Origin: an uncultured Phycisphaerales bacterium
GTDB taxonomy: Bacteria; Planctomycetota; B15-G4
Reading direction: 5' to 3'
NCBI GenBank assembly: GCA_964537035.1
Contig: CAZIAK010000020.1
Span: forward strand, 19,297-83,296
DNA length: 64,000 nt
Shown here piece after piece: positions 44,537 to 53,726 of this stretch. Position numbers and translations under genes: made by a program. Position 1 is the stretch's first letter; each line of letters opens with the position of its first letter. Under the pieces are notes generated by a model, which saw only the letters and a list, made by a program, of their open reading frames with translations, made no database searches and had not been told where the DNA came from.

Positions 44537-46909
44537 TCAGCCGCCGTCGGCGCGCCGGCGCGGCGCAGATCTGCCGTCCCTTTCGAGGGCAGCCACCACG
44601 TCGTCGTACCAGGCCATGGTCTCGCGAGTGCGCCAGCCTTCGTCGGGATCGATCGTCGGCAGCGCCTCCACCGCGGCTCGCAGCCAGGGCTCTGCTTCTG
44701 GAGCGGCTCCGCCCAGGGCCAACAGCCGCCCTCTGCAGCGCAGCGCTGTGTGCCAGGCCAGCTCTCCCTTGCCGTCCACGGCGTCCTCTCGGGTCAGCAC
44801 CTGTTCGACCAGCCTGGCCGCCTCGTCGCCCCGTTGCTGATGGACCAGGTTCCAGGCCAGCTGGGCAATCTGCGCGGAAGGCTCGGGCAACGCGCTGTCT
44901 CCCAGCGAAGCCCGAGCCTGGGACAAGGCCTCTCGCAGGAGCGCCTCGCCCTCGGCCAGCTGTCCAGACAGGGTCAGGTAGACACCGAGGTTGGCCACGG
45001 CCTGCCGGGTGTCCACGTGATCGCTACCCATGGACTCGCGCCACAAACCCAGGGCCACCCGCTCCTCGTGAACCGCCTCTGTGGCTCGGCCGTGATCCAT
45101 GAGCAGCTGGGCCTGGTGGTGATGCATGCCGGGATGACCAGGGCCGTCTGTCCGCTCCCGCGCGGCCATGAGCAGGCTGCGCTGCTCGCCCGCCACCAAC
45201 GACAACTGGCGCTCCCCCATCAGACCGTAGAGCCTGGCCAGGTTGTCCATGGCCACCAGGGCCTCATCGAGACTCTCGCCCGGCGCGGTCTCCGGCGGAG
45301 AGGCCTGAGCCAACGACGCCTCCGAGGCGGCGCCGCCCGTCGGCATGGTCTCGGTCACGGTGGGGCGGCGCGCCGCGGGGCTGAGCGCATCGATCACTGC
45401 GGCGACTTCGGCGTCCGATCCCTGCCAGCCCTGACGGCGCCCCAGCAGATCGCGCTTCACCACCGTCAGGGCATCCACCAGCCGGGCCTCCTGGCCCAGA
45501 CGTCCCGGTCCAGCCAAGGACGCCACTTCGGCCAGGGCGGCCTCTACGGCCTGGGCCCGCTGCTCTGCTCGACGGGCCTTTTCCCGGGAGGCGCTGGCGC
45601 CATTCCAGGCCACGAGGGCCGTGGACAGCAGCACGGTGCCGATGGCAGCGGTGGCCAGGGCCGTCGTGGGCGAGGGACGAGGCTGGCCCCGCCTCCCCCT
45701 GCGCAAAGAACCAGAGGGGAGACGCCTCGCCGTGCCTGCCGTGATGCGCCTGGACCCCGTGGGCGCGACGGGCTGGCAGCGCAGCTGGAGATAGCGGCGG
45801 ATGTCTGCGCTGAGGCGGGCCACGGAGCTGTAGCGGTCCTCTGGCCTGCGTTCCAGGGCGCACAGGACGATGTCCCGGAGCCGTGGCGGCAGCCCGGGGG
45901 CTTCGGTCAGCCGGGGTACGCTCCTGAGGATCTGCGCCGCCTCGAACAGGGGCACGCCAGAGAGATCGTGGGGCAGCCGGCCGCACAGCAGTTCGAACAG
46001 CACCACGCCCAGTGAATAGATGTCGCTGCGGGTGTCGATGCGCTGCGAGTCCGAGACCAGCCGCTCCGGGCTCAGGTAGGGCAGGGTCTCCAGCACCTGC
46101 CCTGGTTCGGCGGCCAAGCTGGCCTGGGCCTGGTCTGCCCCCACCGCTCGGGCCAGACCGAAGTCGACGACCTTGAGTTGGCCCGCACCGTCCACCAACA
46201 GGTTGGCTGGCTTGATCTCCCGGTGCAGCACGCCCTTCTGGTGACCGTAGTGCACGGCGTCGCAAGCCTGGCAGAACAGCTTGAGGCGCTCGGAGAGATC
46301 GAGACCATCGGCGTCGGCAGCAGCCACCAGCGAGCGGGTCGCCGACACGTACTCCATGGCCACGAAGGGGGTCGCCACCCTGTCACTCTCGATGTGGGTC
46401 CCCGCCTCGAGCAGCCGCGCCACGCCCGTGTGGCGCAGAGCGGACAGTCGGCGCGCCTCGAAGTGAAAGCGCTGCACCGCCGCATCGCTGGTCAGTCCCA
46501 GGCGCAAGATCTTCAGCGCCACGGTGCGTTGGGAGGTCTGCTCCGTTGCCTGATAGACCGTGCCCATGCGACCCGAGCCGAGGCGATGCTCAAGCCTGTA
46601 GCCGCCGACCACCGTCCCCAGAGCGGCGGTGTCCAGGCCCTCGCGAAGGATCTGCGCCAGGCGCTGAGACAGCCGGGGTGTCTCGTCGCTGCCAGCCTGG
46701 GCCATCAACCCTTCGACTTCCCAACGCAAGACGATGTCGCCGTGGCAAGCGTCGTCGAGGGCCACCCGACGTTCGCCAGGGGGCTGCTCCAAGACCCGCT
46801 CGCAGACACGGAGAACGTGCTGCCAGCGAGCCGGGGGAGAAGATCCGGTCGCTTCGGCCACCTCGGCTTCGGAACCTCCGATCGAGTGCGCGCAACAGCG
46901 ATTCTGCAA
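44537..46909 (-). CDS. Ser/Thr protein kinase with one TM segment and a C-terminal TPR sensor domain
   Basis: 790 aa with Hanks kinase motifs GSGRMGTVYQA, VALKIL, HREIKPANLLV, VVDFGLAR and PYLSPE. TM segment LATAAIGTVLLSTALVAW, then TPR-like repeats. Confidence 0.92.
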   Translation of the reverse strand: MQNRCCAHSIGGSEAEVAEATGSSPPARWQHVLRVCERVLEQPPGERRVALDDACHGDIVLRWEVEGLMAQAGSDETPRLSQRLAQILREGLDTAALGTVVGGYRLEHRLGSGRMGTVYQATEQTSQRTVALKILRLGLTSDAAVQRFHFEARRLSALRHTGVARLLEAGTHIESDRVATPFVAMEYVSATRSLVAAADADGLDLSERLKLFCQACDAVHYGHQKGVLHREIKPANLLVDGAGQLKVVDFGLARAVGADQAQASLAAEPGQVLETLPYLSPERLVSDSQRIDTRSDIYSLGVVLFELLCGRLPHDLSGVPLFEAAQILRSVPRLTEAPGLPPRLRDIVLCALERRPEDRYSSVARLSADIRRYLQLRCQPVAPTGSRRITAGTARRLPSGSLRRGRRGQPRPSPTTALATAAIGTVLLSTALVAWNGASASREKARRAEQRAQAVEAALAEVASLAGPGRLGQEARLVDALTVVKRDLLGRRQGWQGSDAEVAAVIDALSPAARRPTVTETMPTGGAASEASLAQASPPETAPGESLDEALVAMDNLARLYGLMGERQLSLVAGEQRSLLMAARERTDGPGHPGMHHHQAQLLMDHGRATEAVHEERVALGLWRESMGSDHVDTRQAVANLGVYLTLSGQLAEGEALLREALSQARASLGDSALPEPSAQIAQLAWNLVHQQRGDEAARLVEQVLTREDAVDGKGELAWHTALRCRGRLLALGGAAPEAEPWLRAAVEALPTIDPDEGWRTRETMAWYDDVVAALERDGRSAPRRRADGG

Positions 46910-46984
46910 CCCCGCCAGGCCGGTCTCAAGGATGGAGGTCAGCTCCGCACGAGCTGCTCAGCGCAGAGGCTCCCCCCAAACGGA

Positions 46985-47022
46985 GCACTCCCCGGGCGCC
47001 AGGGGCAGCGCCCGGGGAGTGC
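46985..47022 (-). terminator. perfect 15-bp GC-rich hairpin downstream of the LVIVD-repeat gene
   Basis: GCACTCCCCGGGCGC-caggggca-GCGCCCGGGGAGTGC. On the minus strand the stem is followed by UCCGUUUGGGG. Confidence 0.5.
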
Positions 47023-47115
47023 GTGATCGTCAGCGAGAGCGCCGCTGATCGGAGAGAAACGAGCAGAAAGTGCTGCTCGCTACCCGTTCAGCGGCCTCGG
47101 CAGAAGAACTGCCAG

Positions 47116-48567
47116 TTACTTCAGGACCAACTCGCCACCCTTGGTGAAGGCCCAGCCCCCGGGGTTGGGAGCGCCCACGTCCTTCACCGCCCACTGGGCG
47201 TAATAGGTCGCGTACTGCAGGCCGGCAGGCAGAGGCAAGGGCACCGAGGCGTTGCCAGCTGCGTCGGTGGTGACCGGGATCAACACGTCGATCGAGACGT
47301 TCAGCTCGGCGTTCGGCGCACCCACCGAGGCCAGATTGAAGGGCAGCATGTTGGGCCCCCAGTTGGTGTTGCTCGCTCCCAGGATCAAGAACGCGGGGGC
47401 GTTCGGTGCCGCGTTGGTGAGCCGCAGGGCGAAGTCGTCGTTGCCCGGCGTGGGCGGACCGAACGACCACCAGATCTCTGGCTCGACCATGCCCGCACCA
47501 TCGGAGCCGTTCCCGAAGGCCGGGAAGAAGTCGATGGTGAAGGTGCCCTTCGGGCTGGCGGCCGTGTTGTTCATCTGGTTCATGTACACGGCGTCGTGAT
47601 CAGGCACAGCCTCCCAGGCATCAGAGAAGGTGCTGCCAGTGTTGAGTCGGTTGTTGTCCCACACACCCACCTCAACAGGGTTCATCACGTCTCTCAGATC
47701 GAGAATACGCAGCTGGTCCTGGTAGTAGGACACGTAGGCGTAGGCACCCTTGACCTCCACGTTGTGCGTGGACGGCGCGGGGGCGCTCTGGTACGACGAC
47801 AAGAAGAACGTGTTCGACGGATCGGTCACGTCCCAGATGTTGATGTGCCCGCCGGTCTGCTCATCGCAGGTCAGTAGGATCTTCTCGCCCGTGGGCGTGA
47901 TGTAGAGGTCACTGGCGTGGTTGCCGTCGTTGACCGTGCCGATCTGAACGGGAAGCAGAGGGTTGGTCACGTCGAGAATACGCGTGGGAGTTCCCTGAAA
48001 GCCGTTCACGTAGACCAGGTCGCCGTCGGGGCGGCAGTCGTGGGCACCGCCGCTCCAGATGCCCAGCAGGGCCGGGTTCTCCGGGTCGGCGAGCAGGTCG
48101 TAGATGTAGAGGCTCGACGAGCGGTTCAGGTAGAGGCGATCACTGCTGTCATCGACACGCAGGGTGTGAGCACCCGTGCCAAACAGGTTGACCACGTTCG
48201 CCATGGTCGGATCGGTCAGATCGATGATCGCCGTGGGGCCAGTGTCGGTCGTGGCGTAGGCGTAGTTCTTGTAGACATGCACCTTGCGGAAGTTGCCGCC
48301 CAACGTGCGCACCAAGAACGGGTTCTGGGAATCGGTGGTGTCGATGATGTGCAGGCCGCTGGTGGAGTGGGTCTGCAGGCAGTAGCGCTTGCCCCCGGTC
48401 TCGTAGACCCAGAGCCCCTCGGTGCGCGAGGCGAAGTTGCTCAGATTGACGAAGCCCACCTGCTTGGTGTTCTTCACCAAGGTCTGGCTGGCGCTCTCAG
48501 AAGCCAACGACGACATGCACAGGCCCAGCAGCAGGGCAGCACGGAGAAGAACGGCAAGGTGGCGCAT
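47116..48567 (-). CDS. secreted LVIVD-repeat beta-propeller protein (choice-of-anchor-B-like) with the shared C-terminal beta-module
   Basis: 483 aa with signal peptide MRHLAVLLRAALLLGLCMSSLASE. It has repeated units (hydrophobic)x(I/V)(I/L)D(L/V)(T/S)(D/N)P, for example AIIDLTDPTMANVV, YIYDLLADPENPALL, RILDVTNPLLPVQI, NIWDVTDPSNTFFL and RILDLRDVMNPVEV. Confidence 0.8.
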   Translation of the reverse strand: MRHLAVLLRAALLLGLCMSSLASESASQTLVKNTKQVGFVNLSNFASRTEGLWVYETGGKRYCLQTHSTSGLHIIDTTDSQNPFLVRTLGGNFRKVHVYKNYAYATTDTGPTAIIDLTDPTMANVVNLFGTGAHTLRVDDSSDRLYLNRSSSLYIYDLLADPENPALLGIWSGGAHDCRPDGDLVYVNGFQGTPTRILDVTNPLLPVQIGTVNDGNHASDLYITPTGEKILLTCDEQTGGHINIWDVTDPSNTFFLSSYQSAPAPSTHNVEVKGAYAYVSYYQDQLRILDLRDVMNPVEVGVWDNNRLNTGSTFSDAWEAVPDHDAVYMNQMNNTAASPKGTFTIDFFPAFGNGSDGAGMVEPEIWWSFGPPTPGNDDFALRLTNAAPNAPAFLILGASNTNWGPNMLPFNLASVGAPNAELNVSIDVLIPVTTDAAGNASVPLPLPAGLQYATYYAQWAVKDVGAPNPGGWAFTKGGELVLK

Positions 48568-48692
48568 GGCGAGGTCCTTGAGTGATGGATGGGGAGTCGG
48601 GGAGGGCCGACTCTAAACCGGGGCAGCCGATCCCGCTAGCCGAGGGCTGTCCACAGGCACAAATCGGTGACCTCTGCCAGATCCGCAAACTA

Positions 48693-48742
48693 TCTCGGGA
48701 TCGCTGCCAAGAGACCGGGTAGCGTGTCCCCCGTGACGGTTG
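48693..48742 (+). promoter_or_regulatory. conserved upstream block, copy 1 (shared with 49186-49234), ahead of the small secreted-protein gene
   Basis: tctcgggatcgctgccaagagaccgggtagcgtgtcccccgtgacggttg versus tctcgggatcgctgcaacgaggccggtagcgcattccccctggcggttg, about 80% identical by eye. They lie about 85 and 98 nt upstream of the respective ATGs. Confidence 0.3.
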
Positions 48743-48826
48743 TCAGGAGAATCAGCCTGGCCGAGTCCCCATGGGGCCAGCTGTCCTCTGACACGGCGAG
48801 AACCACTACCGAGAGATGGAGTTGTG

Positions 48827-49150
48827 ATGAAATCGCACTGGAGAGCCACGAGCCTCGTTCTGACGACGACCTTGATCATCCTGGTCGCGTCTTGGGCATC
48901 CGCGCAGAGCCGCAGCAAGAGCAAGTCTGATGACTCCAGCGAACCTGTGGTTGTGGGCGCCGAGGGGCGAGTCGTGATCGAACGGAGCCGGGGGCGCTAT
49001 GTCCTCGCGCGTGGCTTCGCGGCCTCCAACGAGACCGACAAGTACTTCCTCTACGATTCATGGGATGTGGCCGAGACCAAGGACATCTGGGTGTTGACGG
49101 ATCCGCACAAGGTGAAGAACTCCTGGAAACGAGTGCCCTTCGAGAAGTAG
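48827..49150 (+). CDS. small secreted protein of unknown function (paralog 1 of a tandem pair)
   Basis: ATG 48827 is preceded by GGAG 5 nt upstream. Signal peptide MKSHWRATSLVLTTTLIILVASWASAQ. The C-terminal 40 aa are nearly identical to paralog 2. Confidence 0.7.
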   Translation: MKSHWRATSLVLTTTLIILVASWASAQSRSKSKSDDSSEPVVVGAEGRVVIERSRGRYVLARGFAASNETDKYFLYDSWDVAETKDIWVLTDPHKVKNSWKRVPFEK

Positions 49151-49332
49151 CAAGATTCGGTAGCCTCCGCTCGATCCCCGGACTCTCTCGGGATCGCTGC
49201 AACGAGGCCGGTAGCGCATTCCCCCTGGCGGTTGATCGAAGAAGATTCAGGCACAAGGAATCACCTGGTTCGCCTCCTTGTTCCAGCCATTTGAAGAGCA
49301 CCACAGAAGGACCAGAGAAAAAAGGAGTCTCG

Positions 49333-49662
49333 ATGAAGGAGTCCCATTGGAGAGCCATGAGCTTGGTCTTGACGACGAGCTTGATCCTCTTTGTTGCGTC
49401 CTGGGCGACGGCTCAGAGACCTCTCAAGTCCACGTCAACAGAAGCTGACGACTCGATTGGCCAGAGCCCGAGCGGGCAGGTCATCATCGAGCGGGATCGG
49501 CGGCGGTACGTCCTCGTGCCGGGTTACGCAACGTCCAACGAGACCGACAAGTACTTCCTCTACGATTCGTGGGATGTGGCCGAGACCAAGGACATCTGGG
49601 TGTTGACGGATCCACACAAGGTGAAGAACTCCTGGAAGCGTATCCCCTTCGACAAGAAGTGA
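49333..49662 (+). CDS. small secreted protein of unknown function (paralog 2 of a tandem pair)
   Basis: ATG 49333 is preceded by AAAGGAG. Signal peptide MKESHWRAMSLVLTTSLILFVASWATAQ. The shared C-terminus is SNETDKYFLYDSWDVAETKDIWVLTDPHKVKNSWKR. Confidence 0.7.
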   Translation: MKESHWRAMSLVLTTSLILFVASWATAQRPLKSTSTEADDSIGQSPSGQVIIERDRRRYVLVPGYATSNETDKYFLYDSWDVAETKDIWVLTDPHKVKNSWKRIPFDKK

Positions 49663-49759
49663 CCGGGGAACCCGACAGACATTGCCTCCGGATGCGGCGG
49701 GCCACCCATGGCCTGCCTGTGCCCGCAGCTCTTAGCGCTCAGAGAGACACTGCTGACGA

Positions 49760-52700
49760 GTGCCGGGCCAGGGCGTATCCTGCGGTCGCCCCGGTGAGTC
49801 GATCAGGGCGGCGCACACGGGAGTCGACCTGACACACTTCATCAGAAGCCTCGCGACCCTCTCGCTGACCCTGGCGACCGGATTCCTGGCCACAGGCTGC
49901 GGCGGGGGACTGGCCGCTGCGGGAGGAGGAGGTGGTGGTGGTGGCGGAGGAGGCGGCGCTCCCCCCGGCGGTGGGAACAACACAGCCCCCGTGGCGACGC
50001 TCGACGAGAGCACGTTCGTCAACGCCGGTGACCAGCGGCTGGGCTTGGTGGTCCCCTTCACGGTCAGCGACGCCGAGGGCGACGACGTGCAACTCGTCTT
50101 TCAGTGGACGCTGGCCGGCGCGGCGTTTCCGACCTTGCCCACCACGGCGGCCGCTCTCACCGCAGCCCTGGCCGACCCGGCTCAACGGAAGACGCTGCAG
50201 ATTGCCTCGTCGTACCCCGTGGCAAGTGGCGGCAGACTCATGGCCGCAGGGGCCACGACCGTCGAGTTGCCAGAGCTCGGCACCAGCATGGGCACATGGC
50301 TCGGCGGGTCCGCTGCGGCCGATGTCGACGACGCCCTCTTTGGTCTGGAGCTGCAGCTGCTGCGGCCCGGGCTTCAGCTGCAACAGCTCGCCGCTGACTG
50401 GTCCACCAACCCCCTCGACAACCCGGTGGCCGCCCTGCCAGAGGGAGCTGGTAGCACGGCCCTGGTGCTCGACCAGACAGCCGGCGGGCTCTCGCGCTTG
50501 CGGCGCATCGACCTCGGCAGCGGCGCCGTGCTCGCCGACCTGGCCCTGGGTCTCGCCGGCCCCGACGCCCTGGCTCTCGAAGCCGGGGGCAGCGCGGTGC
50601 TGATCGGCGAGCACGACGGCAGTTCGTGGCGAGTCCAGAGAGTCGATCTCTCGACCTTGACCACCACGCAGCTGTTCAACGTCAGCGCCCCGGGCAGCAG
50701 TGGCCTGCGAGGCCTGGTCAGCCTGGGCAGCGGGGTCGCCCTGGCCACCGTCGACGACACCTTGCTGAAGCTCGACTACCTCAAGACCCCGGCCGCCTCC
50801 ACCCCCGTGCTCGATGGGCTGGCCACACCTGGCGGGTTGGTGCTCGACCCCACCCAGCCCCAGACCGTCTTGGTAGCTGAGCAAGATGCCGGGGGCGGAC
50901 GGATCCTGTCCGTCTCCCTGACCTCACGCAGCGCTGAGGTCCTGGGGGGCAGCGCGTCGGGACTGCCCTCCCCCACGGCCCTGGCCCTCGAAGATGGGGG
51001 TGCCCGCCTGCTGGTGCTCACGGACGCCACCCCAGGCGACGGCACGAGAGAGCTGCGAGCCCTGCAGCGCTTCGGCACCGTGACACCGGCCATCACCCTG
51101 CTCGCGGACGACCTCCCCGACAGCGCCCTGGGCCTGGCGACGGGCCGCAGCAACTTGCGGCTGCTCGCCCTGGGTGGGGCCCACGACCTGGCCGCAGCAG
51201 GCGGCGTCCAGCAGCGGCGAGTCGTGACGGGTTACGACCCTGCCACCCGTCTGGTCACGGTCACCGACGCCTTCTCACCAGCCCTGCTCAGCGGACAGCC
51301 CTGGCGCCTGACCCTGCCCGCAAGCCTCTCGCTCATGCCCGGAGTCACGCGCAACGGCGTCTTCGTCTGGGACAGCAGAGATCTGCCCGGCAGCCAGGGC
51401 ACTGCCCAGCTGCGCCTCACGGCCATGGACGCCACAAGCACGGTCACCAGCCACGACACGGGCAAGGTCATCAGCGGCGGACTGTCTCGCCTGGCCACGG
51501 TGATCGGGGGCACGGGTGTCACCAATGGCCTTCAGGCCTTCGCCGTCGCTGACCTGAACAACGACGGCTCCCTCGACGTGGTCTCCGCGAACACCGTGGG
51601 CGACCGCCTCTCCGTCTTCTTCTCGGACGGCAGCGGGATGTTCGCCGCCCCACAGCTGAGCCTGGGCAGTTCGGCGGTGAGCGATATGCCAAGCGGTGTG
51701 GCTGCTGCCGACCTTGACGCCGACGGTGACGTCGATCTCATCTCTGCGAACGCAGGCACGGACAACCTGACGATCTTCTTTCAGACCACGCCGGGCGTTT
51801 TCGGGCTGCTGCCCACGGCGCTGGGCGGCCTGGGACCCACCACGGCTCCCGTGGCGGTGGCCACCGCAGACTTCAACGAAGACGGCTCCGTGGACATCGC
51901 CTCCGCGAACTCCGGCGGCGACGACCTGGCCCTGTTCTTCCAGCCGAGCCCCAGCGGGCTGCTGTTTCTCAAGCTGGGGGGCAGCGGCGTCACCGACGCC
52001 CCCCGAGCCTTGGCCACGGGCGACATGGACAGCGACGGCGACACGGACCTGGTCTCGGCCAACACCACCGGCGACTCCTTGACCATCTTCGCCCACACGG
52101 GGGGCGGGTTCTTCGGCGCCACCCCCACCACCCTCGCCAGCGCCTCGTCGCTCGATGCCCCCCTGGCCTTGGTCGCTGCAGATCTCGACGGCGATGGCGA
52201 CCTCGACCTGGCCTCAGCCAACGCCCTCAGCAACAACGTCACGGTCTTCCATCAGACTGGCTCTGGTGTGTTCAGTCCGCTGCCCGATGTGCTCGGTGGC
52301 GTCACCACCACTTTTGATTCTCGGGGGCTCGCGGCGAGAGACATCGACGGCGACGGCTCGATCGAACTGGTCACGGCCAATACGGCAGCCGACACCCTCA
52401 GTGTCTTCTTTCAGACAACTCCGGGCAGCTTCTCACCCAACCCCGCCACGCTCGGAGGGATGGGCACCACCGACGGCCCCCGGTCCGTGGCCGTGGCAGA
52501 TCTCGACGGCGATGGGGACGGCGATGTGCTGTCGGCCAACGTGGTGGGCAACGATCTCACCGTGTTTGCCTACGACGGGCCAGGACGCATCGATCAGGTC
52601 CCCTTGACCCTGGGCAGCAGCGCCACCACCAACGCTCCCTACGCCATCGCCATGGCAGACTTTGACGGCGACGGAGACAACGACCTGGCCTCCGCCAACC

Positions 52701-53698
52701 AGGCTGCCAACACCTTGTCGATCTTCAGGCAATCCGCTCCCGGCAAGTTCGACGCCACGCCCCTGACGGTGGGCGGAGGCGGCACGACCAGTGGTCCCCG
52801 GGCTGTGGTGGCGGCCGACTTCAACGGCGACGGAGACTTCGATCTCGCCTCCGCCAACTCGCTCAACGACAACCTGACCCTGTTTCTGCAGCAAGGCGAT
52901 GGCAGCTTCCCCGCTGCACCCATCACCTTGGGTGGCGACATGATCACCGACTTCCCCACCGACCTGGACACCGCCGACTTCGACGGGGACGGCGACCTCG
53001 ACGTGGTCTGCAGCAACGGTGGAGGCGACTCGCTGACCGTCTTCACCCGGGACCCCCTCGGATTCGACCCGGTGCCCCTGGTGCTGGACGGCATGGGCGT
53101 GATGGACTTCGCCTTCGACCTGGCCCTGGGTGACCTCGACGACGACGGCGACATCGACATCGTCTCCGCCAACGCGGCCAGCGACAACCTCACCGTCTTC
53201 TTTCACACCACGGGCGAGCTCTTCAACTTGACGCCTGCGGTGCTGGGCAGCACGGCCCTCACGGACAACCCGAGGTCCGTGTGCGTCGCCGACGTCGACC
53301 AGGACGGAGACCTGGACATCGTCTCCGCCAACGCAGGCAGCCACTCAGTGACCAGCTTCAGGCAGCTCAGCCCCGGTGTCTTCAGCGGCTTCCCCAACAC
53401 CATCGCCGACGCCTCGTCCGTGACCACCCCACGCTCGGTGGTGGCCGTCGACCTCGACGGAGACGGTGACCTCGACCTGGCCTCAGCCAACGTGGGAGAC
53501 GACGCGTTCACTGTCTTCCGCCAGATCTCTCCGGGTCGCTTCACCGCTGCCCCCACGATCATCGGGGGCGTGGGCATCACCGACGACCCCTTCGCCCTCG
53601 CAGGGTTGGACGTCGACGGTGATGGCGACAACGACCTGGTTTCGGCCAACAACGCCGGAGACAGCCTGACCATCTTCTTCAGCGGCCACGAGCCCTGA
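49760..53698 (+). CDS. giant FG-GAP/VCBS-repeat lipoprotein (N-terminal beta-propeller-like region plus 14 FG-GAP repeats)
   Basis: 1312 aa with lipobox LATGC followed by a (Gly)12 linker. There are fourteen D-x-(D/N)-x-D-G-x-x-D-(hydrophobic)-x-S-A-N units, for example AADLDGDGDLDLASAN, at a period of about 63 aa, each followed by a (D/N)xL(T/S)(V/I)F strand. Confidence 0.9.
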   Translation: MPGQGVSCGRPGESIRAAHTGVDLTHFIRSLATLSLTLATGFLATGCGGGLAAAGGGGGGGGGGGGAPPGGGNNTAPVATLDESTFVNAGDQRLGLVVPFTVSDAEGDDVQLVFQWTLAGAAFPTLPTTAAALTAALADPAQRKTLQIASSYPVASGGRLMAAGATTVELPELGTSMGTWLGGSAAADVDDALFGLELQLLRPGLQLQQLAADWSTNPLDNPVAALPEGAGSTALVLDQTAGGLSRLRRIDLGSGAVLADLALGLAGPDALALEAGGSAVLIGEHDGSSWRVQRVDLSTLTTTQLFNVSAPGSSGLRGLVSLGSGVALATVDDTLLKLDYLKTPAASTPVLDGLATPGGLVLDPTQPQTVLVAEQDAGGGRILSVSLTSRSAEVLGGSASGLPSPTALALEDGGARLLVLTDATPGDGTRELRALQRFGTVTPAITLLADDLPDSALGLATGRSNLRLLALGGAHDLAAAGGVQQRRVVTGYDPATRLVTVTDAFSPALLSGQPWRLTLPASLSLMPGVTRNGVFVWDSRDLPGSQGTAQLRLTAMDATSTVTSHDTGKVISGGLSRLATVIGGTGVTNGLQAFAVADLNNDGSLDVVSANTVGDRLSVFFSDGSGMFAAPQLSLGSSAVSDMPSGVAAADLDADGDVDLISANAGTDNLTIFFQTTPGVFGLLPTALGGLGPTTAPVAVATADFNEDGSVDIASANSGGDDLALFFQPSPSGLLFLKLGGSGVTDAPRALATGDMDSDGDTDLVSANTTGDSLTIFAHTGGGFFGATPTTLASASSLDAPLALVAADLDGDGDLDLASANALSNNVTVFHQTGSGVFSPLPDVLGGVTTTFDSRGLAARDIDGDGSIELVTANTAADTLSVFFQTTPGSFSPNPATLGGMGTTDGPRSVAVADLDGDGDGDVLSANVVGNDLTVFAYDGPGRIDQVPLTLGSSATTNAPYAIAMADFDGDGDNDLASANQAANTLSIFRQSAPGKFDATPLTVGGGGTTSGPRAVVAADFNGDGDFDLASANSLNDNLTLFLQQGDGSFPAAPITLGGDMITDFPTDLDTADFDGDGDLDVVCSNGGGDSLTVFTRDPLGFDPVPLVLDGMGVMDFAFDLALGDLDDDGDIDIVSANAASDNLTVFFHTTGELFNLTPAVLGSTALTDNPRSVCVADVDQDGDLDIVSANAGSHSVTSFRQLSPGVFSGFPNTIADASSVTTPRSVVAVDLDGDGDLDLASANVGDDAFTVFRQISPGRFTAAPTIIGGVGITDDPFALAGLDVDGDGDNDLVSANNAGDSLTIFFSGHEP
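49922..49957 (+). repeat. (GGN)12 trinucleotide run encoding a 12-glycine linker
   Basis: gga gga gga ggt ggt ggt ggt ggc gga gga ggc ggc, in frame with the FG-GAP gene. Confidence 0.9.
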
Positions 53699-53726
53699 TC
53701 TGAAGCGCCCCGCCAGGGGCTCGCGC

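Noticed and set aside
49732-50061. Minus-strand ORF with a PPPPPPPPPPP run, and other ORFs overlapping the 5' end of the FG-GAP gene.
   Set aside because: The poly-Pro is simply the reverse complement of the (GGN)12 glycine linker. The plus-strand frame has a lipobox and continues into an unmistakable FG-GAP repeat protein.
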